64,000 nucleotides of DNA. Source: Octopus vulgaris. Lineage: Eukaryota. The notes beneath the pieces were generated by a model that made no database searches, was not told the DNA's origin, and worked only from the letters and a program-made list of their open reading frames with translations. Shown piece by piece: positions 57,040-64,000 of the stretch. Each line of letters opens with the position of its first letter. Positions within the stretch are counted from its first letter, which is position 1. The stretch lies in NCBI GenBank assembly GCA_951406725.2, contig OX597828.1, forward strand, positions 41,416,001-41,480,000, read 5' to 3'. Made by a program: the position numbers and the translations under genes.

Positions 57040-57983
57040 AAAACATGATTTAAGCATTCACCAGACCGCCCATTTCGTGCCGTAAAAGGTAAACAAGTTG
57101 TTTCAAAGGAACGTGTCGACACATGCAACGTTCCAAATGAAAATGAAAATGAAAACGAAGGCGTCACTTTTGACGTCATCGAAGACTTCCCTGCTCTTCC
57201 CTCCACCAGTGCTCCAGTACCGGAGAAGGAGGGAAAGAAAACCAGCAACAACATCGACACCACCACCAGCAACAACACAAGTGAAAGCAATCGTAACGGT
57301 TTCGTTTCCGCTGCAAAGCAGAGCTCGGAGGAAATAAACGTTACGATAGTAAAAAGTGCAAAAGTGTTATTGAGGAAAGAAAGCAATAGCGTTTTCCTCA
57401 ATACTCCAAAAGCACAAATAAATGAAACTAACAAGAAAACAATCATTTATAAAATTTTCGAAAGAAAATACAAGAAAATGCCACACCACAACAACTAGAA
57501 ATAGCTCTAAAGCCCATATGGGGCCAAAAGAGCTATGTAACTAAGGGAAAACGGTTTGGAACCGAAGAAGTTCGCTTCCCAACAGGGGAGGAAGCAAAAA
57601 AGCATGCCATCCAAACATTACAAACAGATAATTTGTTACTCGTGCCGACATATCTTGGTCGGCGAGTAACAAAAATTAAAAATGACCAGGTGCCGCCCGA
57701 GCTAAGTATATCTTGGCTGGTGGCTGCTGTCCTCTATGACATAGAGGACACTGCCACTATTCTAGGAGTACAGGGAAAGGAACTGGTCAGGTATGGGGGT
57801 GCAGCTACTTGTACAAATCCAGCAGGAAAATATAAATGCCATACCTGACTCGGTAAATTTGACGGACGGCACCAGACTGCACGTTGCTGTAGAGGGGCGA
57901 AACCCAAAATGCTACCTCTGCATTTGAAGAAGGACTGCCCCATTTACAAACAAAGAATGGAGGCAGAAAAAAGAAGAATCTAC

Positions 57984-58029
<46 letters not shown>

Positions 58030-59356
58030 TGAAACACCAAATATTTTCACATCACCAACACCATCACCACCACCACCACCACGAAGAGCGACACCACCTT
58101 CAACCACCACGAAACTAACACCTACACCAAAAAGAAACACCGGCACCGTCACTAACACCAACAACTGCAGCAGCAGCACCGTTTCCAACAAATGTAACTG
58201 CTTTTCGGTAGGCTGTGGAAGCGGATCCAGCAAATGTCCTCTCTCCAGACGACATCAGCTCGGATTGTGCGAGCACTGATAGCGAGAAAGGGGAGCGGCA
58301 CACAGTGCCACCGAAAAAGAGAAGAAGAAAAAACAAAAAGAAACACATGACACACTGGGGAGGCACAAACAAATAGAGCTTCCCAACATCAACAACAGCA
58401 ACATACACTCACAACACTTTCTCCACCACTACTGCCACACACACCAACGCACACAGACACCGTTACAGCAATAAACACGAAAAACGAACAACTTGTTTCA
58501 TACATAAAAGAAAACACAGACACGAAAATTACAGATTTTATTGTACCAACACACAACACACCATCAGCAGATATTCTCACCATAAAAATCAATGAAAACA
58601 TATAATGAAATCAAGGAGAAATTCCCTAACGATGTCGGATCGCTCGGGAGAAATTTCTCCAAAAAACTCTACAAAAACCTGGTGGAAACACCCGTGCAAA
58701 AGCACAAGGGAGCCACCCCACCAAACAACAACAGTAAGTAGAGCCTTTTTCCCCTTAACCTTTTAAAACATGGCAAAACTCAGAATCAGTAGCTTAAATG
58801 TGAGAGGCCTTGGGTCACCTTGGAAACAGGGTCACCTGTGAAACGACCTGAGGTTTCATAGCGTGGATGTAGCAGCCATTAGTGAAACCAGGCTCTCCGA
58901 CCCGCAGGAACTCGCGTCCCTTTTCAGCGGATACGAGATTTTTCTATCTCCGTGTCGGCCGGGAGCGGGCAGTGGTGGTACTGCAGTGTTGTTTCGGAAG
59001 GCCTTGATTTGAAAATAAGGACAGTCTTCCTGGATCCAGAAGATAAGTTGGTGGTCCTCGACGTAGACGGTAGTGATTTCAGACTGCTGGCTGCCTACGC
59101 TCCGACGACAGGAGCAGGGCAGTCCGATTATTTCAAGCGTCTGGAAGTTTTCTTGGGAACATCACGCACTCTAGTGCTAGTTGGGGATTGGAACGCTGTC
59201 TTAGACGAACGTTTCGATCGGGTAGGCACGGGAGCATCTGCTAGGAGAGCGGGGTGCAAGAGCCTCGCCAACCTGCTCAGGCACTTTCAGCTGTCCGACA
59301 AGTTTCGACTAGACAACCCGAATGTGCCAATGTGGACTTGGACCAATCGCATCGGG
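57040..59356 (+). mobile_element. Tx1/L1-group LINE 5' part: decayed ORF1 plus APE endonuclease
   Basis: ORF1 remnant RLHVAVEGRNPKCYLC..HLKKDCP (CCHC); from 58770 MAKLRISSLNVRGL..VAAISETRL..LVLVGDWNAVLD..WTWTN. Confidence 0.85.
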
Positions 59357-59469
59357 TGTCCACAATTCACACCTAGTCGACTAAGCACGGACCACAATTC
59401 GTTGATCTGTTTCGGTCCCGTAAGGCTTCAGTTGTTTCAAAGGAACGGGATCGATATGTAACGTTCCAA

Positions 59470-59862
59470 CGGCTGTGCAATACGCCTACAGAGTCACCTT
59501 TTAGTAAGTGCATTCTGTGTCAAAGGCCATACCTGTCTTTTGCTGGCCTCAAATCACGTCTGCGAACGCATGGAAAGCAAACCTCCACCAACTATTCTGC
59601 CTATATGTCTGTGCACACCTTTGAATGCAGTTTATGTCAGAAGGTTTGCAACTCCAACGGAGGCCTTAAGAGACATTTTAAGATCCATAAAGAGCAGAAC
59701 TTATCTGCAACTCTTGGTGGTCCAAATCGGTGGTGCAATCTAAGTGGGTGTCTTTTCACTACATCGTCTGGTTTAAAAAGCCACATCAGATGCCATGATG
59801 GTGCTACAAGGTGTAGGTACAGGAGGTGGTCAAACTCTGCGTAAGGAATAGACAACCACCAC
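59470..59862 (+). mobile_element. Probable RTE-clade LINE 3' end with C2H2-like fingers
   Basis: CSLCQKVCNSNGGLKRHFKIH and GLKSHIRCH without TGEKP linkers, then a short structured tail. Confidence 0.55.
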
Positions 59863-60161
59863 ATATGTAAATATACATCTATATGTATATATACATATAT
59901 ATACGTATATATATAAACATATTTCTATATATACATATATATTCTTTTAAAATAAGCAGAAAATGGAGAAAACTTTTGCTCAACAAACAAACTGACTACC
60001 ATCGGTTATTATTTTTTCAGATATATATATATAAACATACATACATACTTCTTTCTTCCCTTTCCTGAGCGTCCAATAACACTATACTTGTTCCACGTTC
60101 TCGCGTTGTTGTGTTTTCTCTTTGTGTTTTCATGTTTGGATTAACTAAATATATATATATA

Positions 60162-60820
60162 CTAGCAGTATCGCCCGGCGTTGCTCGGGTTTGTAAGGGA
60201 AATAACTATAAAGCATTTTTAGAGAGTTATAGCCAAAAAATAGCAAAAAAATGCATTAAAAATGGAAAAAATATGATGGTAATTTTTTTTAATCATTGAC
60301 TCATTGTAGACATTTTTAGAGGGAGTTACTTCCCTTTAAAAAAATATGCATTAAAATGGAAAAATGATGATTAATTATTTTTAAAATCGTAAGACTCATC
60401 GTAGACGCGCGCTAATACCCAGAAGGGCTCGATATGAATCACGACTATAAGATACCCGGTTTTGGTTAAACTGCACCGCAAAATGTGGGAGTAGTTAGGA
60501 ATCTAAATCATAGGAGACAGACACACTGGAATTTACTTTTATATATAAAGACTAGCAGTATCGCCCGGCGTTGCTCGGGTTTATAGGGGAAATAACTATA
60601 TAAGCATTTTAGAGGAGTTACTTCCCTTATAAATTCGGGCTTTCTTAACCATTTTGTTTTGGTGTCTTCAAGCCATGAAGTCGTTGTTCTAAAGAACATG
60701 GTTTCCTTCACAACGCATTACGACGTTGATCTTTACCTCCCTTCCCCACAGCTTCACGAAGAGGAGGAAGGGGGAGAAGCAAACAGGTACAGCTGTGAGC
60801 GTGGACGCCAACTCCGCCGC
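60162..60820 (-). mobile_element. Head-to-tail Helitron dimer (60162-60551 complete; second unit from 60552)
   Basis: Junction ...ataaaga|ctagcagtatcgcccgg reads CTAG|TC on the minus strand. Confidence 0.82.
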
Positions 60821-61194
60821 ACACAGTGACACACGAAAAAGAAAAGAAAAAAAAAAAGAAAAAATCGTAGACTCACTGGGAGGACACAAATAAATAGTCA
60901 ACGGGATCAATGAATCCCGAGCTATAAGATACCCGAACTTTGGTTAAACTGCCACCGCAAAACACACAGACAACCGTTAGGAATAAACACGAAAAGACAC
61001 TCAACAACTTGAGTTTAGTATAAAAGAAAAACAGACACGAAAATTTCTCAGATTTTACTTGTTTCCAATCAACACACCATGGAGCAAACCGCCATAAAAA
61101 TCAGTCGAAAACAAAATCGAAATCAAGGAGAAACGTAAGCCCAACGATGTCTATGTTCTCAGAGAAATTTCTCCAAAAAACCGCTAAAAAACAG

Positions 61195-63525
<2,331 letters not shown>

Positions 63526-63607
63526 AACAAATAAAAAGGGTGGATTACTAGCACCGCTTTTGCTAGACATAAGAGTTAACTCAAAAGCCACACACACACA
63601 CACACAC

Positions 63608-63683
<76 letters not shown>

Positions 63684-63784
63684 GTTGGAAAAAAAAAGAG
63701 ATCAAATGGATACAATTTAATTAATTAATTAACACATTCCCCTATATTTGTTTCATTTTAAATTAAAATTATAAAACATATAAA

Positions 63785-63834
63785 TACATAATTCTGAATT
63801 TTCAATACCTTGTATCGGAACTCATCAGGGTGCA
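63785..63834 (-). ncRNA. Hammerhead-like motif with imperfect stems
   Basis: Minus: CTGATGA-gttccgatacaaggtatt-GAAA-attcagaat-TA. Confidence 0.5.
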
Positions 63835-64000
63835 CAAAGAACAATACAAGGATTACATCAAGCTACGTTTAGAATACTCAGAATGTATAGTTATGTATAT
63901 TACGTGTACGAGTACATGTTTAGGCAGCGTTAAAATTATTTTATTTTTAATTCATGATTAATGGGTTATAGAATACAAAAGTAAAGTAACATAATGAATA

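Noticed and set aside
59605-59844. Host C2H2 zinc-finger gene
   Set aside because: Only two irregular fingers, no TGEKP linkers, within TE debris; better explained as a LINE 3' end.

Overview
This is AT-rich, microsatellite-saturated eukaryotic genomic DNA, probably cephalopod/octopus (inferred from SINE types and repeat landscape). I see no intact host protein-coding gene; nearly all supplied ORFs are translations of (TA)n, (CA)n, (GA)n or (TAA)n tracts. The window is a nested pile of decayed mobile elements: Tc1/mariner and DD37D-type transposons and MITEs, several tRNA-derived SINE families, R4/Dong-like, Tx1-like, RTE-like and CR1 LINE fragments, non-autonomous Helitrons and many Penelope-like element (PLE) remnants. 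The most notable hidden layer is about ten minimal type I hammerhead-ribozyme motifs (CUGANGA...GAAA, palindromic stem III) from several unrelated sequence families. They sit in PLE pseudo-LTR-like pieces, several of which form 170-520 bp fold-back palindromes in microsatellites. Parts of 60.8-62.6 kb look like consensus/assembly chimaeras. All calls were made by eye, without database searches.
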